A stretch of DNA of 64,000 bases from Candidatus Pacearchaeota archaeon (GTDB lineage Archaea > Nanobdellota > Nanobdellia > Pacearchaeales > JAPDKA01). The stretch lies in NCBI GenBank assembly GCA_038890875.1, contig JAWAFA010000002.1:35356-99355 (forward strand), given 5' to 3'. Position numbers and translations under genes: made by a program. Within the stretch, counting starts at the first letter, position 1, and the number at the start of each line of letters is the position of its first letter. Positions 54,795 to 64,000 of this stretch are shown here, piece by piece. The notes beneath the pieces are model-generated. The model did not search any database, was not told the DNA's origin, and saw only the letters and a program-made list of their open reading frames with translations.

Positions 54795-55013
54795 ATGGCT
54801 GAAGATAAAACTTTGAGGTTAATAGTCGGGGTAATACTTGTAATAATTGCTCTGCCTAGTTTAGGGATGATAACTATGATGAGTTCGATGGGTTTTGGAA
54901 TGATGTGGTATAATAATTTTGGTTTTTTGATGATGTACCTTACAGGCTATTTGTTAACAATAGGGTTATTAATTTTAGGGATCTACTTAATTTATCAAGG
55001 TTTGAAAGAGTAA
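54795..55013 (+). CDS. Small two-TM Met-rich membrane protein
   Basis: MITMMSSMGFGMMWYNNFGFLMMYL. Confidence 0.4.
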   Translation: MAEDKTLRLIVGVILVIIALPSLGMITMMSSMGFGMMWYNNFGFLMMYLTGYLLTIGLLILGIYLIYQGLKE

Positions 55014-55020
55014 ATGTAAT

Positions 55021-55629
55021 ATGGTAAATAAAAAAATAAAAATTTTGATTGTAGTAATTGTTCTAATCCTAATAGCAATATATTTTATAGCAAAATCTAA
55101 GACGTTAAAGATAGATCTTAACGAGCCTACAATTGGTTATGATAATGCTAGCATAACAATTACTGAATTTAGTGATTTTGAATGCCCTTTTTGTGCTAGG
55201 TATAGCAGGGAGGTTTTTCCGATAATCAATGAAGAGTACATAAAAACAGGCAAAGTCAAATATATTTTTAGAAATTTTCCTTTAAGCATTCATAAAAACT
55301 CTAAAGAAGCTGCTGAAGCTTCAGAATGTGCAAATGAGCAAGGAAAGTTTTGGGAATATCATGAGATATTATTTGAGAGACAAAGTGAATGGAGTAATAA
55401 TTTAAAAAAGTTGAATGATTATGCGAGTGATCTTGGGCTCGATATTGAAAAATTTAATGCATGTCTGGCTTCTAAAAAATATAGGTGGGAGGTTAAGGAA
55501 GATTTTGCTGATGGATTGAAGTTAGGGGTAAGTGGAACACCAACATTTTTTATAAATAATATTAAGATTGTTGGCGTGCAAAATTTTAACATTTTTAAGC
55601 AAGTCATAGAGCGAGAATTAAATAAATAA
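55021..55629 (+). CDS. DsbA-like thioredoxin-fold thiol:disulfide oxidoreductase, membrane-anchored
   Basis: TM anchor, FSDFECPFCARY (CPFC active site), and GVSGTPTFFIN cis-Pro loop. Confidence 0.85.
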   Translation: MVNKKIKILIVVIVLILIAIYFIAKSKTLKIDLNEPTIGYDNASITITEFSDFECPFCARYSREVFPIINEEYIKTGKVKYIFRNFPLSIHKNSKEAAEASECANEQGKFWEYHEILFERQSEWSNNLKKLNDYASDLGLDIEKFNACLASKKYRWEVKEDFADGLKLGVSGTPTFFINNIKIVGVQNFNIFKQVIERELNK

Positions 55630-55644
55630 AATAATAAAGAAAAT

Positions 55645-56253
55645 ATGGCAACAACAAAAGAAAAGTATAATGCTATAGCAAGGTTTTATGACATTTATGA
55701 AAAAATTCCAGAAAAGCTTTTGTTTAGCAAATGGCGCACGCGATATTTAAGCAAATTGAAAGGTAAAATTCTTGAAGTTGGTATTGGAACAGGCAAGAGC
55801 CTTGATTATTACAATGATAAAGCAAGAGTAATCGGTATTGATTTTTCTGAAGAAATGCTAAAAAAAGCAAAACAAAAATTAAAAAAACTTGGAAAAAAGA
55901 ATATTATTTTAAAACAAGGCGACGTTGAAAATCTAAAGTTTAAAAGTAATAGCTTTGACTATGTTGTAACATTTTTTGTTTTTTGTTCTGTGCCAGATCC
56001 AGTAAAGGGGTTGAAAGAAATAAAGCGAGTTTTAAAACCGCGAGGGAAGGCTATTTTTATAGAGCATGTGCTTAGTAAAAATAAATTTATTGCTTTTTTC
56101 CAGCATTTATTTAATCCTTTGAGCAGAGCATTATCAGGAGTAAATATAAATCGAAATACCAAATTGAATATCCTTAAGGCAGGACTAAGAATAGAAAAAG
56201 AAAAAAATCTTGCTCTCGGAGATATTTTTAAATTATTTGTTGCAAAAAAATAG
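55645..56253 (+). CDS. Class I SAM-dependent methyltransferase
   Basis: ILEVGIGTGKSL motif I, then DYVVTFFVF and LKPRGKAIFIEH. Confidence 0.85.
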   Translation: MATTKEKYNAIARFYDIYEKIPEKLLFSKWRTRYLSKLKGKILEVGIGTGKSLDYYNDKARVIGIDFSEEMLKKAKQKLKKLGKKNIILKQGDVENLKFKSNSFDYVVTFFVFCSVPDPVKGLKEIKRVLKPRGKAIFIEHVLSKNKFIAFFQHLFNPLSRALSGVNINRNTKLNILKAGLRIEKEKNLALGDIFKLFVAKK

Positions 56254-56265
56254 AAAATAATAAAA

Positions 56266-56412
56266 ATGATTAAAATAGTTAAATATTATGCTTGTAGCAA
56301 ATGTGGATTAAAATATAAGTCTAAGAGATTGGCTAAAAAATGCGAAGAATGGTGTAAAAAATATAAAAGCTGCAATCTCAAGATCGCTAAACATGCAATA
56401 AAGGATCAATAA
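56266..56412 (+). CDS. Small Cys-rich protein (48 aa)
   Basis: MIKIVKYYACSKCGLKYKSKRLAKKCEEWCKKYKSCNLKIAKH (CxxC-x12-C-x3-C-x5-C). Abuts the next gene. Below the track cutoff. Confidence 0.45.
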   Translation: MIKIVKYYACSKCGLKYKSKRLAKKCEEWCKKYKSCNLKIAKHAIKDQ

Positions 56413-57018
56413 GTGAAAATGAAAGAACCTAAAATGAAAGAATTTTGTATATATCATCTCAAAAATTTAGATAAAAACAGAGAAAAGATAAAAAGTAAGC
56501 TAGAGCTAGGCCACCCAATTCATACTTTAATGTCCGAGCATGAAATAATTTTAAGTTTCTTAGATAAAATTAAAAAAATTAATTCAAAAATTCAAAAGAT
56601 GAAGAGCTATAGAAAGGATAAGAGTTTTGAAATTTTAAAAAATACTGCAGAGCATTTAATAGAAGCTGAATCTCATCACGAAAGAGAAGAAAAAGTTTTA
56701 TTTCCAGAACTAGAGAAAAGAGGTATTTTTGGTCCACCAGAGGTAATGAAAGAGGAACATAGAATCTTAAGAAAAGCTAAGAAGGAACTTTCAGGTCTAG
56801 CTAAAATGCCGATCAAAAATTTTTCTCAATTTAAAGAAAGATTAAAAGAGCTGGAGAATTTGATTACTCCAACATTAAAAGATCATATTGCCAAAGAAGA
56901 CAATATCCTTTATCCAATGTCTTTGCAAGTGATTAAAAACGAAAAAGAATGGGCAATGATCAAGAAAAAATGCGATAAGATAGGATATTGTTGTTTTACA
57001 CCAAACAAAAAATGTTAA
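56413..57018 (+). CDS. Hemerythrin-like (HHE cation-binding) domain protein with a Cys-rich tail
   Basis: HPIHTLMSEHEIIL, ESHHEREEKVLFPELE, MKEEHR, DHIAKEDNILYP. Tail CDKIGYCCFTPNKKC. The start is GTG at 56413 or ATG at 56419. Confidence 0.65.
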   Translation: MKMKEPKMKEFCIYHLKNLDKNREKIKSKLELGHPIHTLMSEHEIILSFLDKIKKINSKIQKMKSYRKDKSFEILKNTAEHLIEAESHHEREEKVLFPELEKRGIFGPPEVMKEEHRILRKAKKELSGLAKMPIKNFSQFKERLKELENLITPTLKDHIAKEDNILYPMSLQVIKNEKEWAMIKKKCDKIGYCCFTPNKKC

Positions 57019-57102
57019 CTAGTACAAGAATATTTATCTTAAAGGGATTATATAATCATTTCATCTTTTGCACAGTTTTGGAAACAAAGTCAAGATAAAA
57101 AA

Positions 57103-59520
57103 ATGGGGAAAATGAAAAAAATAATAATTCCAATTTCAGGAATGCATTGTGCTTCTTGTGCCCAAAAAATAGAATCAACTATTCAGCGATTAAAAGGGGT
57201 TGTTAAGGCGAGTGTTAACTTCGCTACAGAAAAAGCGATTGTTGAATTTGATGAGGCTTTGATTAATGAAAATGAGATAAATAATGCTATTGAGCAACTT
57301 GGCTATAAAGTTATCAGCGAGAAAGAAGAAACAAGAGAGATTAGATTAAAGATAATTGGTATGGATAACCCACATTGTATTAACGAAGTTAGCAATGCTC
57401 TAAAGATAAGGGGAGTTATTTCTAAAGAGCTTTTGCAGAATGAAAAAGGAATTATAAAGTATAATCCTAAAATAATCGACGCAGAAAAAATAAAGAAAGT
57501 AATAAAAAATGCCGGATATGAGCCAATTGAAGAAGAGGAAGAGTTAGTTGATAGAGAAAAGGAAGTGCGAGAGAAGGAAATTAGAAGATTAAAAAATCTT
57601 TTTTTAATTTCGCTTATACTATCAATTCCTATTTTTATTCTTTCATATCCTCAATGGTTCAAAATAACGATTCCTTACGAGAATATTGTGCTCTTTATTC
57701 TTACAACTCCAGTTCAATTATTTGTAGGATATAGGTTTTACAAAGGGGCTTTTTTTGCGCTAAAAGCAAAAACAGCCACAATGGACACTCTTATTGTTAT
57801 TGGTACATCAGCTGCTTATATTTATAGTATACTTGCGACATTCACACCTTATTTTGGCAATTATACTTATTTTGAAGTTTCTGCAATAATAATAACATTT
57901 ATTATTTTAGGAAAATGGCTTGAAGCTGTAACAAAAGGGAAGGCATCAGAGGCTATTAAAAAATTAATAGGTTTACAGCCAAAAAATGCAATTGTTATAA
58001 GAGAAGGGAAAGAAATACAAGTTCCAATAAATAATGTTGTTGTTGGTGATATTGTTGTCGTAAAACCAGGACAAAAAATACCCGTCGATGGTGTAGTTAT
58101 AGATGGCCATTCCTCAGTTGATGAATCGATGATTACAGGAGAAAGTATACCTGTAGAAAAAAAGAAGGGGGATATAGTAATAGGAGGAACAATCAATAAA
58201 CATGGCTCATTCAAGTTCAAAGCAACAAAAGTTGGGAAGGACACTGTCCTTAATCAAATAATAAGGTTAGTTGAAGAAGCTCAAGGAAGCAAAGCACCAA
58301 TACAAAAATTAGCAGATAAAGTTAGTGGTTATTTTGTTCCGACAGTTATTATTATTGCAGTTTTAGCTTTCATAATCTGGTATTTTGTTGTAGGCCAAAG
58401 CTTTGTTTTTTCACTTAGCATCTTCATAGCAGTCTTGATTATAGCTTGTCCTTGTGCACTTGGCCTTGCAACGCCAACAGCGATAATGGTAGGAACTGGC
58501 AGAGTAGCTCAGCTAGGAATATTGATTAAAGAAGCTGAAGCATTAGAAAAAGCCCACAAATTAACAACTATTGTCTTTGATAAAACTGGAACCTTAACAG
58601 AAGGAAAACCTATTGTTACTGATATTCTCGCTATAGATAAAGTTGATAAAAAAGAAATTTTAAAATATGCTGCAACTGCCGAGAAAAGCTCCGAGCACCC
58701 CCTTGCTGATGCTATAATTAATAAAGCAAAAGAAGAAAAAATTAAAATTCCTGATGCTAATTTTTTTGAAGCAGTTCCCGGACAGGGGATTATTGCAAAA
58801 TATGAAAGAAAAAAGATTTTTTTTGGTAATAGGGCTTTAATGAAAAAGTGGGGGATAAAATTTGAAACCATTGAAGAAACAATTAGAAGTTTAGAAAATG
58901 AGGGAAAAACAGTCATGATCTTAGCGATTAACAAAAAAATTGTTGGCCTAATTGCTGTTGCTGACACCCTAAAAAAATTTTCTAAAGAAGCCGTCCAAAA
59001 ATTGAAAAAAATGGGTAAAGAAGTTATCATGATTACCGGCGATAATAAAAGAACGGCCAATGCTATAGCAAGACAGCTGGGCATTGATTATGTTCTTGCT
59101 GAAGTTTTTCCAGAGGATAAAGAAAAAAAGATTAGCCAATTACAAAAGAAAGGTAAAATAGTGGCAATGGTTGGTGATGGCATAAATGATGCTCCTGCAC
59201 TTGCGAAAGCTGATATTGGCATTGCTATTGGGGCTGGAACAGATGTCGCACTGGAAACAGCGCAAATAGTTTTGATTAAAAATGATTTAAGAGATGTAAT
59301 AACTGCAATCGATTTAAGTAGTTATACTATTAAAAAAATTAAACAAAATCTTTTTTGGGCATTTTTTTATAATTCTGCAGGCATACCTATAGCCGCAGGC
59401 ATTTTATATCCCTTCACAGGATTTTTACTTAATCCAATTATTGCCGGAATGGCTATGGCATTTAGCTCTGTTTCTGTTGTTTCAAATTCTCTACTGATGA
59501 GAAGATATAACCCTAAATAA
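57103..59520 (+). CDS. copA: Copper-translocating P1B-type ATPase
   Basis: HMA domain GMHCASCA, a second degenerate HMA ([10 protein letters not shown]), TGES, CPC ([11 protein letters not shown]), [15 protein letters not shown]. Confidence 0.95.
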   Translation: MGKMKKIIIPISGMHCASCAQKIESTIQRLKGVVKASVNFATEKAIVEFDEALINENEINNAIEQLGYKVISEKEETREIRLKIIGMDNPHCINEVSNALKIRGVISKELLQNEKGIIKYNPKIIDAEKIKKVIKNAGYEPIEEEEELVDREKEVREKEIRRLKNLFLISLILSIPIFILSYPQWFKITIPYENIVLFILTTPVQLFVGYRFYKGAFFALKAKTATMDTLIVIGTSAAYIYSILATFTPYFGNYTYFEVSAIIITFIILGKWLEAVTKGKASEAIKKLIGLQPKNAIVIREGKEIQVPINNVVVGDIVVVKPGQKIPVDGVVIDGHSSVDESMITGESIPVEKKKGDIVIGGTINKHGSFKFKATKVGKDTVLNQIIRLVEEAQGSKAPIQKLADKVSGYFVPTVIIIAVLAFIIWYFVVGQSFVFSLSIFIAVLIIACPCALGLATPTAIMVGTGRVAQLGILIKEAEALEKAHKLTTIVFDKTGTLTEGKPIVTDILAIDKVDKKEILKYAATAEKSSEHPLADAIINKAKEEKIKIPDANFFEAVPGQGIIAKYERKKIFFGNRALMKKWGIKFETIEETIRSLENEGKTVMILAINKKIVGLIAVADTLKKFSKEAVQKLKKMGKEVIMITGDNKRTANAIARQLGIDYVLAEVFPEDKEKKISQLQKKGKIVAMVGDGINDAPALAKADIGIAIGAGTDVALETAQIVLIKNDLRDVITAIDLSSYTIKKIKQNLFWAFFYNSAGIPIAAGILYPFTGFLLNPIIAGMAMAFSSVSVVSNSLLMRRYNPK

Positions 59521-59579
59521 AAGCTAAATTGTAAAAAAGAGATAATAAAATTTATTAACTCAATTTCTTTTTCTTTTAA

Positions 59580-60857
59580 ATGAGAATAAAACCAGGAAAG
59601 ATAGTAAAAATAGTAAAAAAAGATGGTGAAACGGTTGAAGGAGTAGTAATACCGACTTCTGAAGAAATTGAAGGGATTGTTATCAAATTAGAGAGCGGTT
59701 ATAATATTGGGATAAAAAAAGAAGAGATAAAAGAGATAAAGGAAGTAGGTGAGTCCAAACTTGAAAGGTTTCCTGAGGCCATGATTATTAGTAAAGCTAA
59801 TAAAACGATAGCAGTTGTTATTGCTGGCGGAACAATAAGTAGTAGAGTTGATTATACAACTGGAGCTGTAAGTTCACTAATGAAGCCAGAAAACTTGCTT
59901 TTTCTTGTGCCAGAACTGGCAAAGCTTGCAAATATAAAAATAGATTTTGCTTTTTCTATACTTAGTGAAAATATCACAGCTGATCACTGGAAAATTTTAG
60001 CAAAAAAGTGTGAGAAGTTATTAAATGATAAAAGTATCGATGGGATTATAATCACCCATGGTACAGATACACTACATTATACAGCTGCTACGCTTAGTTT
60101 TATGCTGAAAAATATCAACAAACCAGTCGTTATTACATATGCCCAACGAAGTTCTGATAGACCATCTACAGATGCTGTTTTAAATTTAAAAGCAGCAGCT
60201 ATTACTGCTTTGAGTGATATTGCTGAAGTTGTAGTTGTTGGGCACGCAGGTATTAATGACGATACTTGTTTTGTGTTGAGAGGAACAAAAGTAAGAAAAA
60301 TGCATACAACAAGAAGAGATACATTTAGACCAATAAATACCTTACCAATTGCAATAATTAAAGATGATAAAATGGAAATGATTAGTGAGTATAACAAAAG
60401 GCAAGCAAAAAAAGAAAAAGCGATTGCTGATACAGCTTGGGAGGATAAAGTTGCGCTGATAAAATTTCATCCAAATGCTGATCCAAAAATTTTGGATTTT
60501 TATGCAAAAGAAGGTTATAAAGGAGTTATCATAGAAGCTACGGGCATGGGTCATGTAGCTATCGAAGGTAAAAAAAGTTGGCTTGATAAAATAAAAAATC
60601 TAAGCAAGAAGATGCTCATATGTTTTGCACCACAAACAATTTATGGTTCACTAAATCAAAATGTTTATAGTACGGCAAGATTGCTTGAAAAAGCGGGAGT
60701 TGTTTATTTGCACGATATGCTTCCTGAAACTGCTTATGTTAAGCTTTCTTATGTTTTAGGAAAAACGAAGAATATGGAAAAAGCAAAAGAGATGATGTTA
60801 GAAAACATTGCGCACGAAATCAATATACGTGAGATTCCTGAAAGCTTTCTTTATTAG
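59580..60857 (+). CDS. gatD: Glutamyl-tRNA(Gln) amidotransferase subunit D
   Basis: GatD-type N-terminal beta domain, plus asparaginase motifs AGGTISS and THGTDT. Confidence 0.9.
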   Translation: MRIKPGKIVKIVKKDGETVEGVVIPTSEEIEGIVIKLESGYNIGIKKEEIKEIKEVGESKLERFPEAMIISKANKTIAVVIAGGTISSRVDYTTGAVSSLMKPENLLFLVPELAKLANIKIDFAFSILSENITADHWKILAKKCEKLLNDKSIDGIIITHGTDTLHYTAATLSFMLKNINKPVVITYAQRSSDRPSTDAVLNLKAAAITALSDIAEVVVVGHAGINDDTCFVLRGTKVRKMHTTRRDTFRPINTLPIAIIKDDKMEMISEYNKRQAKKEKAIADTAWEDKVALIKFHPNADPKILDFYAKEGYKGVIIEATGMGHVAIEGKKSWLDKIKNLSKKMLICFAPQTIYGSLNQNVYSTARLLEKAGVVYLHDMLPETAYVKLSYVLGKTKNMEKAKEMMLENIAHEINIREIPESFLY

Positions 60858-60859
60858 TT

Positions 60860-63781
60860 TTATAATTTCAAACTTATAACTTTACTTACTCCATCTTGCA
60901 TCGAAACTCCATAAATAAGATCGCCTTTGCTGATTGTTGCATCATTGTGACTAACAATTATACATTGACTATTCCCAATATGCTCCTTTAGAAGATTAGC
61001 CACACGTTCGCTATTATGTTTATCTAACTCAGCATCAATTTCATCAAAAATATAGAATGGATAAGGACTTAATTTTTGAATAGCAAATATAAAAGAGAGA
61101 GCCACGAGAACCTTTTCACCACCACTAAAGCTCATGGAATCAAATTGCTTTCTTCCAACCTGGATTATAACATCAACTCCTTTTTCAAATATGTTTTTTT
61201 CATCTTCCAATACTAGCTTAGCTTCTCTACCTTTCCAATCAAGTTTACTAAAATTCGTATTGAACTCTGAATTAATCTTTTCAAAAGTAGTTAAAAAAAC
61301 TTTTCTTTTCTCTTTATTTATTTTTTCTATTTGATTAATTATTTCCTGCTTTTCTAGAATTATTTTATTAAGTTTTTCATTAACCTCTTCATATTCTTTT
61401 TTTACTTTCTCATAAGTTTCTAAAGCAAGAAGGTTGACATTACCAAACTCTTCTAACTTTATTTTTGTTTTTTGAAACTTTTCCTCAAGTTTTTCTAAAG
61501 GAAGTTTTATTTTTTTGAGTTCTTTTCCTGTAAATTCTTTCATTTCCTCCTCAAGTGCTTTTAATTCTGCATCATATTTAGCAAGGTTTATATTCATCTC
61601 ATTAATTTTATTATCAATAATAAAAATTTCAGAGTGCAAACTTGAGGATCTTGCCTCTGTTTTGATTATCTCTTCATGTAGAATTTTTTTCTTTTCAATA
61701 AGATTCGAAAATTTTTTATAAATTTCATCATATTTTTCTTGTTTTTCTTTTAAAAGTGCAGAAATTTCTTGCAATTCATCTTCAACATTTTTTAAATTTT
61801 CTTCAGCTTTTGCTTTTTCTTTTTCTGTTCTGGTAAGAACGTCTTGTGCATTCTCAATTTCTCTTTCCTTTAATTCAACATCAAGAGTTAGCTGTTTATC
61901 AAAATCAAGTTTTTGTTTTATTTTTTCTTTTTCCAACAAATATGAATTAAGTTTACTTTTTATTTCAGAAAACTCTTCTTCTATCAAATCTTTTCCGCCA
62001 ACATCTGCTTCAAGCTCAGAAATTTTTTTATTTAAAGTTTCTATTTTGCTTACAATTTCTTTCTTTTCTTTTAATAAATTCTCAATTTGGCTTTTTAATT
62101 CTTTAATTTTATAATTAATAAGTTCATTCTCTTTTTCTTTAGCATCTTCTTTTTCTTTTTCTTTCATAATATCTAAAATTTTAATTTGTAGATTTTTATT
62201 CTCAGCTGTCAATACCTTTATCTCGGCCAAGGCATTTTTTTCTTTTACTTCAATATTTTTGATTTTTTCGTTATATTCATGTTCAAGCTTTTTTTTATGC
62301 TCATCTTCAAGCTCACGCTTGCATTTAGGGCAAATTCTTAATTCCTGTAAATCTTGCCATTCTTTCATATAAAGTTCTTTCTCTCGCAAAAGGCTAGCAA
62401 TTAGTTTTTCTTTTTCCTGGAGAGTATTGTTATTTTCCTCAAACTTTTTTTGTAAATTTTGCAATTCGGAACCGATCTCTTTATTCACCACATTTAATTT
62501 TGATTTTAATTCAGTTAGCGAGGCCTTCTTTTTTGTTATTTCTTCGCTTAATGTTAAAAAGTTTTTATTTAAGAAAGTGAGTCTTTCTTTTGATAATACT
62601 AATTCTCGTGCATTAGCTTCTAAAGTTTCCAACCTCTTTGTTAAATAGCTATATCTTTTTCTAGTTTCATCAATCTTTTTCTCACTACTTTCTAACTTTT
62701 TGTTTTCATCTTCCGCTAGCCTTTCTTTTTGTCTTCTCTTTAATTCACTAAGATCTTTTAAGCTTAGTTCAATTTCTTCTCTTAATTTTTTGATTTTTTC
62801 ATCAGCTGAAGCAAGTTGAGTTTTCAATGAACTTCGTTTCATTTCAAGCTTGGTTACTTGTGTTTTAAGTTCAAGAATACTTGCTTGCATTTCTTTAAGC
62901 TCGACTCCAGAAATACTTTCAATATAACTATCGATAGATTCTATTTCCTTCTTTATTTGCTCAATGTTTTCCTTTAATTTTTTTTGTTCTTGCTCTTTTG
63001 CATTTCTTTTACTCTCTTCTTTTCTGAGCAAATTCAATAGCTTTTCTTTTTCATTAGTTTTTTCGCTCAGTTTTCTCTCAACAATAGAATATTTCAGATT
63101 TTCAAGATGTTGTTTTATTTGATTATAAAAAAGTGCTTGTTTACGCTCAGCTTCAAGATTTTTTAGAAAATGCTCCTTCTCACTAGAAATCGCTCTTATC
63201 TCTCTTATTTTTTCTTCTGTTTTTTCGAGCTCGCGCAAAGCTCTTTCTTTTCTTTCTTCATAAACACTTATTCCAGCAATATCTTCTATTAATCTTCGTC
63301 TTTCTTCTCCCCGCATTTCTACAAATTTAACTATCTCTCGCTGCTGAATCAAATTAAATCCATAAGGGCTCAAGTGTGCTTGCGTTAATAATTCTAAAAT
63401 TTCACTTCTTGTTTTTGTTTTACCATTGATTTTATATATACTCGAACCATCTTCCTTCAGTATTCTTTCAATAACTACTTCTTCTGGAGTTTCATTATCT
63501 ATCACAAAAGACTTATCATGATTATTGAAGACAAGCTGAAGATGGGCTCGGTCACTTCCACCAACATTCTTGCTTCCTTTAAAAAGTAAACTTTGGGCGC
63601 TATCTGCACGTAAACTTTTCATCGCTAATCTACCTAACACAAAACAGATTGCATCGATAATATTACTTTTCCCACTTCCATTTGGTCCGACAATTACATT
63701 TAAACCATCACTAAGGATTATTTCGGTTTTCTTTCCAAAGCTCTTAAATCCATCAATTACTAGTTTTTTTATATAAGCCAT
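60860..63781 (-). CDS. SMC-family ATPase with SMC-type heads, no hinge, and a central CPKC zinc-hook-like motif
   Basis: Head N: FKSFGKK...GPNGSGKSNIIDAICFVLG. Head C: FSGGEKVLVALSFIFAIQKLSPYPFYIFDEIDAELD...YGVSMQDGVSKV. An uninterrupted Lys/Glu coiled coil lies between them. CPKC is at residues 484-487 of 973 (nt 62321..62332). Confidence 0.9.
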   Translation of the reverse strand: MAYIKKLVIDGFKSFGKKTEIILSDGLNVIVGPNGSGKSNIIDAICFVLGRLAMKSLRADSAQSLLFKGSKNVGGSDRAHLQLVFNNHDKSFVIDNETPEEVVIERILKEDGSSIYKINGKTKTRSEILELLTQAHLSPYGFNLIQQREIVKFVEMRGEERRRLIEDIAGISVYEERKERALRELEKTEEKIREIRAISSEKEHFLKNLEAERKQALFYNQIKQHLENLKYSIVERKLSEKTNEKEKLLNLLRKEESKRNAKEQEQKKLKENIEQIKKEIESIDSYIESISGVELKEMQASILELKTQVTKLEMKRSSLKTQLASADEKIKKLREEIELSLKDLSELKRRQKERLAEDENKKLESSEKKIDETRKRYSYLTKRLETLEANARELVLSKERLTFLNKNFLTLSEEITKKKASLTELKSKLNVVNKEIGSELQNLQKKFEENNNTLQEKEKLIASLLREKELYMKEWQDLQELRICPKCKRELEDEHKKKLEHEYNEKIKNIEVKEKNALAEIKVLTAENKNLQIKILDIMKEKEKEDAKEKENELINYKIKELKSQIENLLKEKKEIVSKIETLNKKISELEADVGGKDLIEEEFSEIKSKLNSYLLEKEKIKQKLDFDKQLTLDVELKEREIENAQDVLTRTEKEKAKAEENLKNVEDELQEISALLKEKQEKYDEIYKKFSNLIEKKKILHEEIIKTEARSSSLHSEIFIIDNKINEMNINLAKYDAELKALEEEMKEFTGKELKKIKLPLEKLEEKFQKTKIKLEEFGNVNLLALETYEKVKKEYEEVNEKLNKIILEKQEIINQIEKINKEKRKVFLTTFEKINSEFNTNFSKLDWKGREAKLVLEDEKNIFEKGVDVIIQVGRKQFDSMSFSGGEKVLVALSFIFAIQKLSPYPFYIFDEIDAELDKHNSERVANLLKEHIGNSQCIIVSHNDATISKGDLIYGVSMQDGVSKVISLKL

Positions 63782-64000
63782 GGGATACTAGCGAGAAAAT
63801 CTTTTAATTTTTTTTGTTTTGTTTTTTGTGTTTGCTTTTTTTTATAAGTTGCCCAGCTCTTTCTCATAAATTTTAATTTTTCATCGAGTTTTTTAAACTT
63901 TGAATAATTTTCTAAAAATTTAATAGTCCGAGGATCTGCAGGATAACCAGACCCAAAATCATAATTAAGAATTTTTTTTAATTTTGCTATTTCTCTTTCA
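63769..64000 (-). CDS. rnhB: Ribonuclease HII, C-terminal part (the gene continues past the right window edge)
   Basis: Reverse-strand frame open from the window edge: ...ILNYDFGSGYPADPRTIKFLENY...MRKSWATY...* (GSGYPxDPxT motif). The stop at 63769 overlaps the SMC start by 13 nt. Confidence 0.75.
   Translation of the reverse strand, partial: EREIAKLKKILNYDFGSGYPADPRTIKFLENYSKFKKLDEKLKFMRKSWATYKKKQTQKTKQKKLKDFLASIPWLI

Noticed and set aside
60860-63781. Calling the 973-aa ATPase simply Rad50.
   Set aside because: The head motifs (FKSF start, PFYIFDEIDAELD, YGVSMQDGVSKV) are SMC-type rather than Rad50-type, and no mre11 is adjacent. I kept it as SMC-family with a hook-like motif, pending phylogeny.
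1-64000. Looked for CRISPR arrays, rRNA genes, transposases, integrases, IS inverted repeats and prophage genes.
   Set aside because: No regularly spaced direct repeats, no rRNA-like conserved stretches, and no DDE or tyrosine/serine recombinase-like ORFs were seen. I could not define boundaries (direct repeats or tRNA targets) for either the R-M locus or the metal island.

Overview
This is an AT-rich, gene-dense archaeal chromosome segment. All calls come from reading motifs in the supplied translations and the DNA; no database search was run.

Archaeal identity rests on the rpoH-rpoB-rpoA-rpl30e-nusA operon, RFC large and small subunits, GatD, archaeal-type ThrRS and GluRS, Dph genes and an intron-containing tRNA-Tyr. 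The small, streamlined proteins with Lys/Glu-rich tails suggest a DPANN-like lineage, but that is inference.

Layout from left to right:
- 0.6-9.4 kb: a single-strand Type I restriction-modification operon (hsdM, hsdS, hsdR). It carries two extra modules: an uncharacterised 610-aa protein with a PD-(D/E)XK-like C-terminus between hsdM and hsdS, and an MNT/HEPN pair with its own promoter and three palindromic operators between hsdS and hsdR.
- 9.5-26.8 kb: housekeeping genes (thrS, RFC, an enlarged UPF0175-like/PIN pair, a truncated dph2, the RNAP operon with an unsplit rpoA, dph6).
- 26.8-31.2 kb: a ku-mpg-ligase operon plus an endonuclease IV-like gene.
- 31.3-34.0 kb: an S-layer gene with a stem-rich upstream region.
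- 34.4-49.4 kb: gltX, dCMP deaminase, serS, UDG, three tRNAs, a Cas4-like nuclease, tandem ThyX, glmS, a bacterial-looking tgt coupled to an SNase-type nuclease, and a flavoprotein.
- 49.4-59.5 kb: an apparent extracytoplasmic copper/thiol island. It holds a membrane-tethered wHTH, a YHS/TRASH mini-protein, two adjacent proteins ending in MVGGC, a PCYCGC-like protein, a Met/His-rich protein, CxxC membrane proteins, a DsbA-like protein, a hemerythrin-like protein and CopA.
- 59.6-64.0 kb: gatD, an SMC-headed protein with a Rad50-type CPKC hook at the exact centre of its coiled coil and no hinge, and the 3' end of rnhB.

No rRNA, CRISPR array, transposase or integrase was seen.

The best candidates for something undescribed are the cargo-loaded Type I R-M operon (ORF 2171..4003), the MVGGC-tailed protein pair, and the hook-bearing SMC.
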